IMG/VR virus record: IMGVR_UViG_3300016472_001133
DNA length: 20,000 bases
Reading direction: 5' to 3' (one strand)
Source of the DNA: an uncultured virus (IMG/VR IMGVR_UViG_3300016472_001133)
Taxonomy: Duplodnaviria > Heunggongvirae > Uroviricota > Caudoviricetes
In this document: positions 1-8,428 of the stretch, piece after piece
How positions within the stretch are numbered: the stretch's first letter is position 1
Layout: every line of letters starts with the position of its first letter
The notes under the pieces: generated by a model
What the model was told of the DNA's origin: nothing
The model's input: only the letters and a program-made list of their open reading frames with translations
Databases searched by the model: none
Position numbers and translations under genes: made by a program

Positions 1-43
1 TTCAATAAAATATTACTGCGCAAACATAAAAAGTTCATTAATT

Positions 44-769
44 ATGATAATGAAAACATTCAACGTAATAAACAAATCATCTAAGATATCAAAAGAAGAT
101 TTAGAACTAATGGTTGAAGCTTGCAGAGTTCAATTAAAAGATCATGCTGCTCCGCTTCTTGGAAGGATTGAATGGGAAATAAAAATTGATGGCAACGATG
201 GATTTCCGATGGTCATAATGGATGATAGTGATCACGCTACTGCATTAGGTTATCATTCGCAAGATCCTGATGGGAAAGTTTGGGGTAGAGTGTTTGTAAA
301 TCCTATCTTAAATAACGGAGGAACGATATTAAATGGAACAAAATCTGTTTCTGTCGTTCTTTCTCATGAAATTCTTGAAACTTTTTATAATCCTTTTATA
401 AATCTCTGGTCGCACAGAGGGGACGAAACTTTTGTTGCAGTTGAAGTTTGCGATCCAGTAGAAAATAGCTCTTATGAAATAAACATCAATGGAAAAAACG
501 TTAGCGTTTCAAATTTTGTTCTAGACCCTTGGTTTGATAAAGAAATGATAAATGAAGCAAGATATGATTATCTATCTACAATAAAAGCGCCTCTTACACT
601 TGCACATGGGGGATATAATATAATTTTAAATTGTGAAACCGGCGAAATTAAACCTACATTTGAATCAAAACAAAATGAAGATGAGCATAACTTAATAAAG
701 CCAAGTCATGTTGCAGCTAGAACAAGTAGGAACATCGCAAAAAAACAACCTTCTATTCAGAAGAAATAG
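44..769 (+). CDS. Hypothetical protein with HExxE motif (possible metal-binding or metallohydrolase-like protein)
   Basis: 241-aa ORF containing LGYH, SHEILE, EVCDPVE and VSNFV..WF motifs. Function is inferred only. Confidence 0.5.
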   Translation: MIMKTFNVINKSSKISKEDLELMVEACRVQLKDHAAPLLGRIEWEIKIDGNDGFPMVIMDDSDHATALGYHSQDPDGKVWGRVFVNPILNNGGTILNGTKSVSVVLSHEILETFYNPFINLWSHRGDETFVAVEVCDPVENSSYEININGKNVSVSNFVLDPWFDKEMINEARYDYLSTIKAPLTLAHGGYNIILNCETGEIKPTFESKQNEDEHNLIKPSHVAARTSRNIAKKQPSIQKK

Positions 770-962
770 AAGACTTATTTGAAGCGTAAAGATCTTTATA
801 CCAACCTCCACCTTTCAAAGTAAAACCTCCGCCGGCGGAAATTAAGCGTTTCATTGTCTCTGAATTACAATTGGGGCAAGTAGTCAAAGGATCATCTTTT
901 ATTGATTGAAAGGTTTCCAATAAATGTTTGCAAGCTTCACATTGATATTCGTAAGTCGGCAT
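753..962 (-). CDS. FmdB-family zinc-ribbon protein (CxxC_CxxC_SSSS type)
   Basis: MPTYEYQCEAC...CPNC...RLIS...FTLKGGGWY is the typical family signature. Confidence 0.85.
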   Translation of the reverse strand: MPTYEYQCEACKHLLETFQSIKDDPLTTCPNCNSETMKRLISAGGGFTLKGGGWYKDLYASNKSSISSE

Positions 963-969
963 GTTAACC

Positions 970-1752
970 TCAAGAAGTAATTACGACTGGAAATAAAACA
1001 ATTTGTCCTGATACTTTTTGAACGCCAGGTTGTCTGACATTTTTTAAAACTCCATTATGATTAATAAGATCACAAAAAGAAGGATTTTGAAGAACATCAG
1101 AGAATCTATATTCTACATCATCAATCCAACATTGTTGCGAAACAAGTTGACAAATCTGCGAATAATCACTATGCCTTGAATCATGGGCTACTGCATTAGG
1201 TTGAATAACTTTAACTTGCTTTCCATTTATGCTTTTAAATGTAGACGCACAAGGAAATCCATTTATTCCTTGAAAATTTGATCCAGTAAAATGCCATCCA
1301 TAATTGCAAGCACGATTAGGAGATTGATCTATCTTTTTGTCCAAAATCCAATGTTTTCCAACCGTTGAAACAATTCCTCCTGAATAGACGCCTAATTGTT
1401 TAGTGACTTTACTATCATGAGAAATCATGGAAGCAACAGTCGTTGAAATTGTTTGCGGAGATGGATTTAAAATATGACTTGCATTGATGTACATTAAATC
1501 AGCAACTTGTGCCGTTAACAACGATGCATCAAAAATGTCAGCTAGCTGTTGTTGCAACGTAGCAGAAACGTTCACTCTAATGCCTCCGATCTTCAAGGCG
1601 TCAGACATTACATTTAATCTAACTTTTTTTCCTGAAACAGTGTATTCAAGCGATGACCAAGAAGCTTCAAAGTTTCCTGACATAACTTGATCAAAAATAA
1701 ATTTTTCTCTATCAGGGATCTTTTCAGGAAATGTCAATGATGTCGTAGTCAT
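970..1752 (-). CDS. Hypothetical protein
   Basis: 260-aa ORF tightly coupled to its neighbours. NYGWH and IQP...H...HSDYSQ look like conserved motifs, but no family was recognised. Confidence 0.6.
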   Translation of the reverse strand: MTTTSLTFPEKIPDREKFIFDQVMSGNFEASWSSLEYTVSGKKVRLNVMSDALKIGGIRVNVSATLQQQLADIFDASLLTAQVADLMYINASHILNPSPQTISTTVASMISHDSKVTKQLGVYSGGIVSTVGKHWILDKKIDQSPNRACNYGWHFTGSNFQGINGFPCASTFKSINGKQVKVIQPNAVAHDSRHSDYSQICQLVSQQCWIDDVEYRFSDVLQNPSFCDLINHNGVLKNVRQPGVQKVSGQIVLFPVVITS

Positions 1753-1755
1753 ATG

Positions 1756-2745
1756 TCATTTCTTCCAGAATGAATACATGTTTTTCTCAATTTCATAATT
1801 CATCATTTTTGTTGGACGGTTCGGTTGTTCTAACGCCCATTTAAACATTTTCATAACAGTTTCTCGAAGATTTGTTTGGTCGTTAAACCCTAAGAGTTCA
1901 TGAGCTTTCGCATGGTCGCAATAAGCTGTGTGAACCTCATTCCTCTTTTCTAGATGAACTTTCGTTGCGTTAATTCCCAATTCTTTTGCTACATCGATTA
2001 CTACATCTGCAGCTTCATTGATCGTATAATATTTGTCTGCACCAATATTAAAAATTTCTCCGTCATGAGACATCATAAGCTTCTCGAAAGGTTCCATATA
2101 AAACTTAATATCAGAGAATGCTCTAACTTGTGTTCCGTCACCAAAGATAGACAGAGGTTCATTGTTCATGGCTTTACGAATCCAAATGCCTATGACGTTT
2201 CTATATCGATCCCAAATGTTTTGATAAATGCCAACGACATTATGTGGTCGAACAATACTGTATTTTAGACCAAACATTTCATGAGCAAGCTTCAAATCCA
2301 TTTCAACTGCATACTTTGCAATTCCGTATGGGTCTTCTGGCGTTGGTAATTGATCTTCTGTAAATGGAGGCTTTCCTACGCCGTAGACGGCCATTGATGA
2401 AGTAAAAATAACTTTCTTAACATTGTTATTAACACACGCGTTAATAATATTTGCAGAAGAAAGAACATTATTCGTGTAATTGTAATTTCTAATAAATGGA
2501 CTTAATCCTTCTGCTGCATATGCTGCAAAATGAAAAACATAATCGGGCTTTTCAGATGAAAAGATACTTTCTACTGCGTCTCTATCCCAAAGATCTTGTT
2601 CGTAAAACGTCACATCTTTATGAACTGAATCGACGTATCCTCCGCTGAGGTCGTCAATTCCTACGACCTTGTATCCTTTTTCTAAAAGGTATCTAGAGAA
2701 ATTGGCACCAAGAAGTCCTGCAACACCTGTAATTAATACTTTCAT
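1756..2745 (-). CDS. NAD-dependent nucleotide-sugar epimerase/dehydratase (extended SDR)
   Basis: TGVAGLLG Rossmann motif, HFAA, FTSSMAVYG, catalytic YGIAK (YxxxK), GDGTQVRAF. Confidence 0.9.
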   Translation of the reverse strand: MKVLITGVAGLLGANFSRYLLEKGYKVVGIDDLSGGYVDSVHKDVTFYEQDLWDRDAVESIFSSEKPDYVFHFAAYAAEGLSPFIRNYNYTNNVLSSANIINACVNNNVKKVIFTSSMAVYGVGKPPFTEDQLPTPEDPYGIAKYAVEMDLKLAHEMFGLKYSIVRPHNVVGIYQNIWDRYRNVIGIWIRKAMNNEPLSIFGDGTQVRAFSDIKFYMEPFEKLMMSHDGEIFNIGADKYYTINEAADVVIDVAKELGINATKVHLEKRNEVHTAYCDHAKAHELLGFNDQTNLRETVMKMFKWALEQPNRPTKMMNYEIEKNMYSFWKK

Positions 2746-2752
2746 CTTTTCC

Positions 2753-3778
2753 TCACTTAAGTGACTCTAGAAAATCTACAACACTGTTAATTGAAAATAC
2801 ACCGCTTGACTTTAAATTATTTTCTTGTTCTAAAATTAATTCGGTTCTATCTTCAAGATTCATAGAAGAAATTAAACTAACCTTTTCCACAACGGACCCA
2901 GAACCATTTACTGTCCAACGGCTTCCTAATAATGAAGGAATTAAAAACTCTTCAGGAACAAGCGCTGGAACGTTTGAAACTATATTTTCAACGTATCTAG
3001 GAGAAGCGAATCCTCTCTGAGCATACTCTGGTTTAGTTATGTGAGTCGTACAGATAAAAGAATTTAGCCTCTTCATTGAATCATAGAAATTTAATCTAGG
3101 AGCAAACGCAACATTTGGGTGCGATTGAATCAAAGACTTTGGCGATTCACGTTCTGGAGAAACTTCTAACCAATTACCATGAACAGTCGTTTGAATACCT
3201 AAGCTTCGCAATCCCGCTGAGGGTAAAGAATAATATCTCTCAAATGCCTGAGGCCTTTCATAATTGTTGCCAACATATCCGTATTCAAAAGAAGTCGAAT
3301 TGACTGGCATTAGCTTCTTCCAGTTCGTCCAAAACATCAATCTTTCGCGTTTCCTCGTTAGATTCCTCGGTTCGAAAGCAGGATCTGCGATAATTGCTTC
3401 AGGCCACATCATTTCGTCAACATGAGAAACTTTATAATCGCAATCCCAAATCACGACAGGAATTTTCCCATGATATTTTGACAACAACGCAAATTGCCTG
3501 TCAAGATCTGGCTCAAATTTATCAGGTCCAGAATTTTTATACGTTTTCCAGCGCCATTCAACGAATAGGATATCTAAATCAGGAAATCCATCATCATATT
3601 TCAATCCTGGATATGGTGTTGCTTCTCGTTGTTGTTGGAGCGCATATACATCATGACCTCTATCAATCAAAGTATCGACCATGATGGGCCGACCATAACG
3701 ATGACCATCCGGCGTTTTGGCCTCTTTTGATGATTCAAATGACTCACAAAATCCCCAATAACTGATTCCTATTTTCAT
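2753..3778 (-). CDS. Putative GT-B glycosyltransferase, possibly DNA-base modifying (beta-glucosyltransferase-like)
   Basis: N-terminal MKIGISYWG strand, RGHDVYAL, YVGN and C-terminal SPRYVE...PALVPEEF resemble GT-B donor-binding segments. Lies between a nucleotide kinase and an NDP-sugar epimerase. Confidence 0.6.
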   Translation of the reverse strand: MKIGISYWGFCESFESSKEAKTPDGHRYGRPIMVDTLIDRGHDVYALQQQREATPYPGLKYDDGFPDLDILFVEWRWKTYKNSGPDKFEPDLDRQFALLSKYHGKIPVVIWDCDYKVSHVDEMMWPEAIIADPAFEPRNLTRKRERLMFWTNWKKLMPVNSTSFEYGYVGNNYERPQAFERYYSLPSAGLRSLGIQTTVHGNWLEVSPERESPKSLIQSHPNVAFAPRLNFYDSMKRLNSFICTTHITKPEYAQRGFASPRYVENIVSNVPALVPEEFLIPSLLGSRWTVNGSGSVVEKVSLISSMNLEDRTELILEQENNLKSSGVFSINSVVDFLESLK

Positions 3779-3779
3779 A

Positions 3780-4304
3780 CTATCCTTTTTTGTTAATAAA
3801 TTCTAGAATGGTTTTCATTTCCCAATCAAGGTCTTCAGAATCAACACATAGATGCAAAGTTTTGCATCTAGTCCATTTTATAAAATCTGCATATTTGTCA
3901 GAGATTATTTGCATTTGACGAGAATCAATGTCATGCATGTCGTCATGAAAACCCTCATATGAAGTTCTATAAGGAACAATGATTTTTACTCCAATTGATG
4001 CAGCCAAAGAATCAATGTAATTTAAAGCTTCAATATCAGTTTGACGACCATACACTTCAGAATAAACCCATTCAGATGGATAAGATCTATCTAAAATCGT
4101 TGAAGTCCCAGTCTTTTTTAGAAAATTATAAAAATACGGATCTCCATATCGTAAAGCATTTTTAAAATATGAAGGATCATTTGAAAAAGCATTCCATTCA
4201 GATTCGTTCTTAAAGTAAGGAATGTTTAATCTTCGTGATAACTCTTTGGCCATTTCGGTCTTGCCGACCTTATCTGACCCATCAAATAAAATGACCATGC
4301 TCAT
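3780..4304 (-). CDS. dNMP kinase (thymidylate-kinase-like P-loop protein)
   Basis: FDGSDKVGKT P-loop and ILDRSYPSEWVY (DR motif). Confidence 0.8.
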   Translation of the reverse strand: MSMVILFDGSDKVGKTEMAKELSRRLNIPYFKNESEWNAFSNDPSYFKNALRYGDPYFYNFLKKTGTSTILDRSYPSEWVYSEVYGRQTDIEALNYIDSLAASIGVKIIVPYRTSYEGFHDDMHDIDSRQMQIISDKYADFIKWTRCKTLHLCVDSEDLDWEMKTILEFINKKG

Positions 4305-4313
4305 AATGGTACC

Positions 4314-7300
4314 TCATGAATCCAATACTTTAACCTTACTCATAAAAGTTTTATTACCGTATCCATCGACTGTGATTTCAGAAAGACAAACGCTGTACTT
4401 GGGAATTTCTCTAATACCATCCCACCCCCAACAGAACAATCTATGATTTTGACCTCCAATACCCGTAATCGTTAAAAGCAAATAGTTTTTCCCTGTTTTT
4501 GTCTTTTTGGGTTTTGCGTCAGAAACAATAAACCAGTAAATGTCACTACCTGAAAGATCATCAACTGATTTGACACCTCTGGATTCCAACTTCTTTAGGA
4601 TATCATCAGGCATTAACATGGCTGCATTAAATGAACCAAGGTATTTAATGCTATTATCGACAATCTCACCGCGAGTCCACTCAGGTTCATCCTTAGATTC
4701 GATCAGGAGATTACGAAATGCTTCCATTCCAACGAGAGGGTTCTTTTTGGTATGCTTCTTGATTTCATTATTATGATCAATCAGGATTTGATACATTTGT
4801 CTATAGCTGCTAAACGTTCTATCTACGCCAACACAATCCAATGAGTCAAATGCCTTGATTCCGATCAGGGCTTCAAGAGCTCGTTTGTTGAATTTAGAAT
4901 GTTTCCACGTACCGTCCTCATTCCATAACATGTCCTCTATTGATTTGTATGGACGATTTTCCATGATCTCATCAACTGCAGCTTCCCCCACGCCCTTACA
5001 TGAAAGGAAGCTTGGCATGAATCTTTTTCCTTCGAGGATAGTCCAGCTCTTCGTTGCATAGTTGACGTCGATGTTTACGATCTTGTATCCAAGCGCTTTG
5101 ACCTCTGAGAAAGCCTTAGCACGCTTCTCATCATTTCCTGACATCGATTCAAGATAAGCACAAAGCCATTCCTCCTCAAAGTAAGTGAGGAGCCATGCAC
5201 AGTAGTAAGAATCAATTGCATAAGACACTGCGTGAGATGCGTTAAAACCGTATCCGGAGAAGAAGAGAATCTTTTCATAGAGTTCATCTGCCACTCTTTC
5301 AGGAACACCATTCTTCATCGCACCAGAAACGAAGTCTTCCTTGGCCTTCTTGGCGTCTGCTGCCGCGGCGTCTTTCTTTGAAGCAGAACGTTTCATAATG
5401 TTTCTGCGAATTGTATCCGTCTCTGCCTCAGGGAATCCTGCGACGACAGAGCAAAGTTTCATGGTTTGCTCCTGAAAAATGATGCATCCGTAAGTCGGTT
5501 CTAGCACCTTCTTGATAAGAGGATGTTGGTAATCGATCTTTTCAGGTTCGTTCTTAGCGCCAATGTAGATCTTGTCGACGTTTGCCGCAAGAGGACCTGG
5601 ACGATAGATTGAAGTTAGAGTAGCAATGTCAATGATACTACGAGGCTTTGCTTTCGTAAATAGACGCTGTGCGCCAGGTTGCGTACATTGGAACACGCCG
5701 GCAAACCTTCCTTCGTGATAAACATATTCATAGACTTTTTGATCATTTAGATCAATATTCTTCGGATCCATGTGTTTATCAAACCAAGCCTTAATGTCTT
5801 GGAACGTTGGATTTGCAATTCCTTCACGCCTTTGCAAAATTAGATAGATGCATCGTTCGATGATGCGCAAAGTTTCGAGGCCGAGTAGATCGAACTTAAT
5901 CCATCCGAACTCTTCGAGATGCTTATAATGCATGCCTTCAACCCATGGAGTCTGAGGTTCACCCTTTGCGAGAATAAGAGGCATACGTTCAGCAATGTCT
6001 TCAGACACGATAACACCGCCGGCATGGCGGCCAAGAGAACGATTCTGCTTGAAAAGAATCTCAATCGGTTCGGCGACTTCAGGATGCGATGCAACGAAGT
6101 CTTGCATCGACTTAGAATACTTCATCGCGTCTTCATAAGTCAACACAAAAAGGTTCTTGTCGACACCAGGTTTGAAGACTTCTTTCTTGACATCGTCTTC
6201 TACCGGAGCAAGAGCAGCATTGACTTCTTCGAATGGAATGTTATAAAATCTTGAAATGTCTTTGACAAGGCTCTTAAGCTTAAAGGTATTGTAGTTAGAG
6301 ATTGGAATAACATTGTTATTACCAAAATTATCACGGAGAAGTTCGATCAGCTTATCGCGGTCTCCAATATCAGAATCGATATCAGGAGCGCCCTGGCGAG
6401 AGGGATTAAGGAACCGTTCAAATGAAAGGTCATACTCAATTGGGTCAAGGTTCGTGACGCCGAGGACATAAGCAACTAGAGAACCTGCGGCCGAACCGCG
6501 CCCCGGACCAATCAGCATGTGTTCACGTGCAAGGTCCATGATTGCCTTCATCGTGAGGAAGTATCGAGAAAACTTCTTGTCTCGAATAATCTTCAGCTCA
6601 TACTTGATTCGCTCGATATACCCAGGCTTGTCATCCAGACCTCGCCAGATTAATCCTTTCTTACAAGCTTCGACGAGGGCCTTGTCTTCCGTCGACCCTT
6701 CAGGAATCACATATGAAGGAAGCTTCATCTCCTTATTGGGATGAATGTCACCTAACTCATTATGAACGATGTCATGAGTACGTTCGATGGCCTCGCGGAT
6801 TAGGTCATCATCATAGAAATCCATGCCTTCGGTTGTGGACAGATATGAATCCCAGACCTGGGTTGCGTTCTTCGGGTACAGTTCACATTTGAGATCATCC
6901 TTAGACTTTGGAAGCATATTAGGATCGAAGTTCTGATAGTTGAGCCATCCGAGCTTCTTGTAGATCTCACGTTCTTTCCAGTTATCAGGACGAGAATAAT
7001 GCGAATCGCAGGTGACGACTAGCCGATTCGACAAAGAGTTTCGTTTCGCAAATTCGATCAGCGCGCGGTTGACAAGATGTTGCGCTGGAAGTTTATTGAA
7101 CTGCAACTCCAAAGCAACGTTTTCGCGACCTACCGCATCTGCAAGCTTATCATAAGTGTTGCCCATCTCGAGCAAGACAGATTCAAATAGCGCAGCATCA
7201 TCGAGCAACTGATGCTTCAGATCATCAAACTTGATCTTTTGCAATTTGGAAAAGACGTCATAACTCAACGTGCCACCGAGACAATTGTGAACCAACATCC

Positions 7301-7400
7301 CATTTGCAAAGAAGTTATGATTATCTTCTACGGTAATATCATAGACGTCTTCGACGTAATCAAGTTCTTCGACCTCAACAACTTCTACAAAATTACTCAT
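4314..7400 (-). CDS. dnaE: DNA polymerase III alpha subunit, C-terminal part, fused to an N-terminal split-intein C-fragment
   Basis: GPGRGSAAGSLVAY, FERFLNPSR, PDIDSD, GRHAGG, KFDLLGL, GYGFNASHA and PHP TCDSHY. The first 39 aa are an IntC ending VHN/C. Confidence 0.97.
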   Translation of the reverse strand: MSNFVEVVEVEELDYVEDVYDITVEDNHNFFANGMLVHNCLGGTLSYDVFSKLQKIKFDDLKHQLLDDAALFESVLLEMGNTYDKLADAVGRENVALELQFNKLPAQHLVNRALIEFAKRNSLSNRLVVTCDSHYSRPDNWKEREIYKKLGWLNYQNFDPNMLPKSKDDLKCELYPKNATQVWDSYLSTTEGMDFYDDDLIREAIERTHDIVHNELGDIHPNKEMKLPSYVIPEGSTEDKALVEACKKGLIWRGLDDKPGYIERIKYELKIIRDKKFSRYFLTMKAIMDLAREHMLIGPGRGSAAGSLVAYVLGVTNLDPIEYDLSFERFLNPSRQGAPDIDSDIGDRDKLIELLRDNFGNNNVIPISNYNTFKLKSLVKDISRFYNIPFEEVNAALAPVEDDVKKEVFKPGVDKNLFVLTYEDAMKYSKSMQDFVASHPEVAEPIEILFKQNRSLGRHAGGVIVSEDIAERMPLILAKGEPQTPWVEGMHYKHLEEFGWIKFDLLGLETLRIIERCIYLILQRREGIANPTFQDIKAWFDKHMDPKNIDLNDQKVYEYVYHEGRFAGVFQCTQPGAQRLFTKAKPRSIIDIATLTSIYRPGPLAANVDKIYIGAKNEPEKIDYQHPLIKKVLEPTYGCIIFQEQTMKLCSVVAGFPEAETDTIRRNIMKRSASKKDAAAADAKKAKEDFVSGAMKNGVPERVADELYEKILFFSGYGFNASHAVSYAIDSYYCAWLLTYFEEEWLCAYLESMSGNDEKRAKAFSEVKALGYKIVNIDVNYATKSWTILEGKRFMPSFLSCKGVGEAAVDEIMENRPYKSIEDMLWNEDGTWKHSKFNKRALEALIGIKAFDSLDCVGVDRTFSSYRQMYQILIDHNNEIKKHTKKNPLVGMEAFRNLLIESKDEPEWTRGEIVDNSIKYLGSFNAAMLMPDDILKKLESRGVKSVDDLSGSDIYWFIVSDAKPKKTKTGKNYLLLTITGIGGQNHRLFCWGWDGIREIPKYSVCLSEITVDGYGNKTFMSKVKVLDS
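7284..7400 (-). other. Split intein C-fragment (IntC, 39 aa)
   Basis: VYDITVEDNHNFFANGMLVHN (blocks F/G), followed by the +1 Cys at 7281-7283. Confidence 0.95.
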
Positions 7401-8377
7401 GTTTTGAAAAACCTTCTAATAGATTCTATCACTTCATTTGGAGATTTGCAATAGTCAAGTTCCCAAATGACCAGAACATCCCATCCCTTAGATTTTGCAT
7501 AAGATATTTTTTGTTCATCTTTTTCTCTAATCTGCTGAACTGTTCCATGAATGAGATTTTGCTGCAAATCTTGATAAACCCTTTGGTCTGCGTGCCAATA
7601 CGTTCCATTGATTTCTACGATCTTCTTTGTTTCTTTTTTGTAAATGTCATATGCATATTTGCCCAAAAAAAGCTGTTGACAAACAGAATCATCATTTATG
7701 AGCTCATAAATTCTTTTTTCTAATTTCGAAGCATTTTTTCCATTGAGATTTTTCAAAACCTTAATGGCACCAGGTCGACATGTATCGCCTATTCTTTTTT
7801 TTGCCTCATTTATGTCATATCCTTTTTTTATCCAAAACTCAATGCACCTTGGACTAATTTCTCGTTTATATTTTTCAATTGATTTTTCAGGATCATCGGA
7901 TTTCTCTTTCCAATAATCAATTGTGTAAATTGGATTATAAGCACCTGACTTTTTTCTTTTTTCGCATGTACTTTTTTGCCAATCTAGAAGCTGAACTTTT
8001 GCAAGTTCTTTAACTTCATCTTCACTTTTATCAAGGTGTGAAAATTTTATTTTCCACCATTGCGGTTTTGAAAGATGAATATCATGAAACTCTTTTGAGT
8101 AGGGTATTATAGATGTTAGTCTTTTTGCAAAGATGTTTGTTGTAATAGTCGGAAAAACTAAAAAGCTTCTTGGTTTTTTACCGTGAAAAGTAGATTGTTG
8201 CTCACGGAGCTCGTCAAATCCAACTTCATATTCAAACAACTTGGCAAGTTGAGAAGGAGAATAACCTTCTCTATACATCTCGAGTATTTGATCTTTTGTT
8301 TTCCACGTAACTAGAAAACTTTCAAATATTCTGCTTTTTTCCTCTCCTAAAAATTTATTATACTTTTCTGCTCCCAT
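7397..8377 (-). mobile_element. Free-standing putative homing endonuclease, Vsr/DUF559-like PD-(D/E)xK C-terminal domain
   Basis: SKLEKRI...YDIY...IVEINGTYWHAD...KD..K...A...GWDVLVIWE. Sits between the intein halves, is visibly more AT-rich than dnaE, and overlaps the IntC start by ATGA. Confidence 0.85.
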
Positions 8378-8387
8378 TGTTTGTGAA

Positions 8388-8419
8388 CCTCCAAGACATA
8401 ATTATGTTTGTCTTGGAGG
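8388..8419 (-). promoter_or_regulatory. RBS-sequestering hairpin upstream of the endonuclease gene
   Basis: mRNA CCUCCAAGACA-AACAUAAUUA-UGUCUUGGAGG is a perfect 11-bp stem. Its 3' arm contains the GGAGG SD, 10 nt before ATG 8377. Confidence 0.8.
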
Positions 8420-8428
8420 ACCTAAAGC

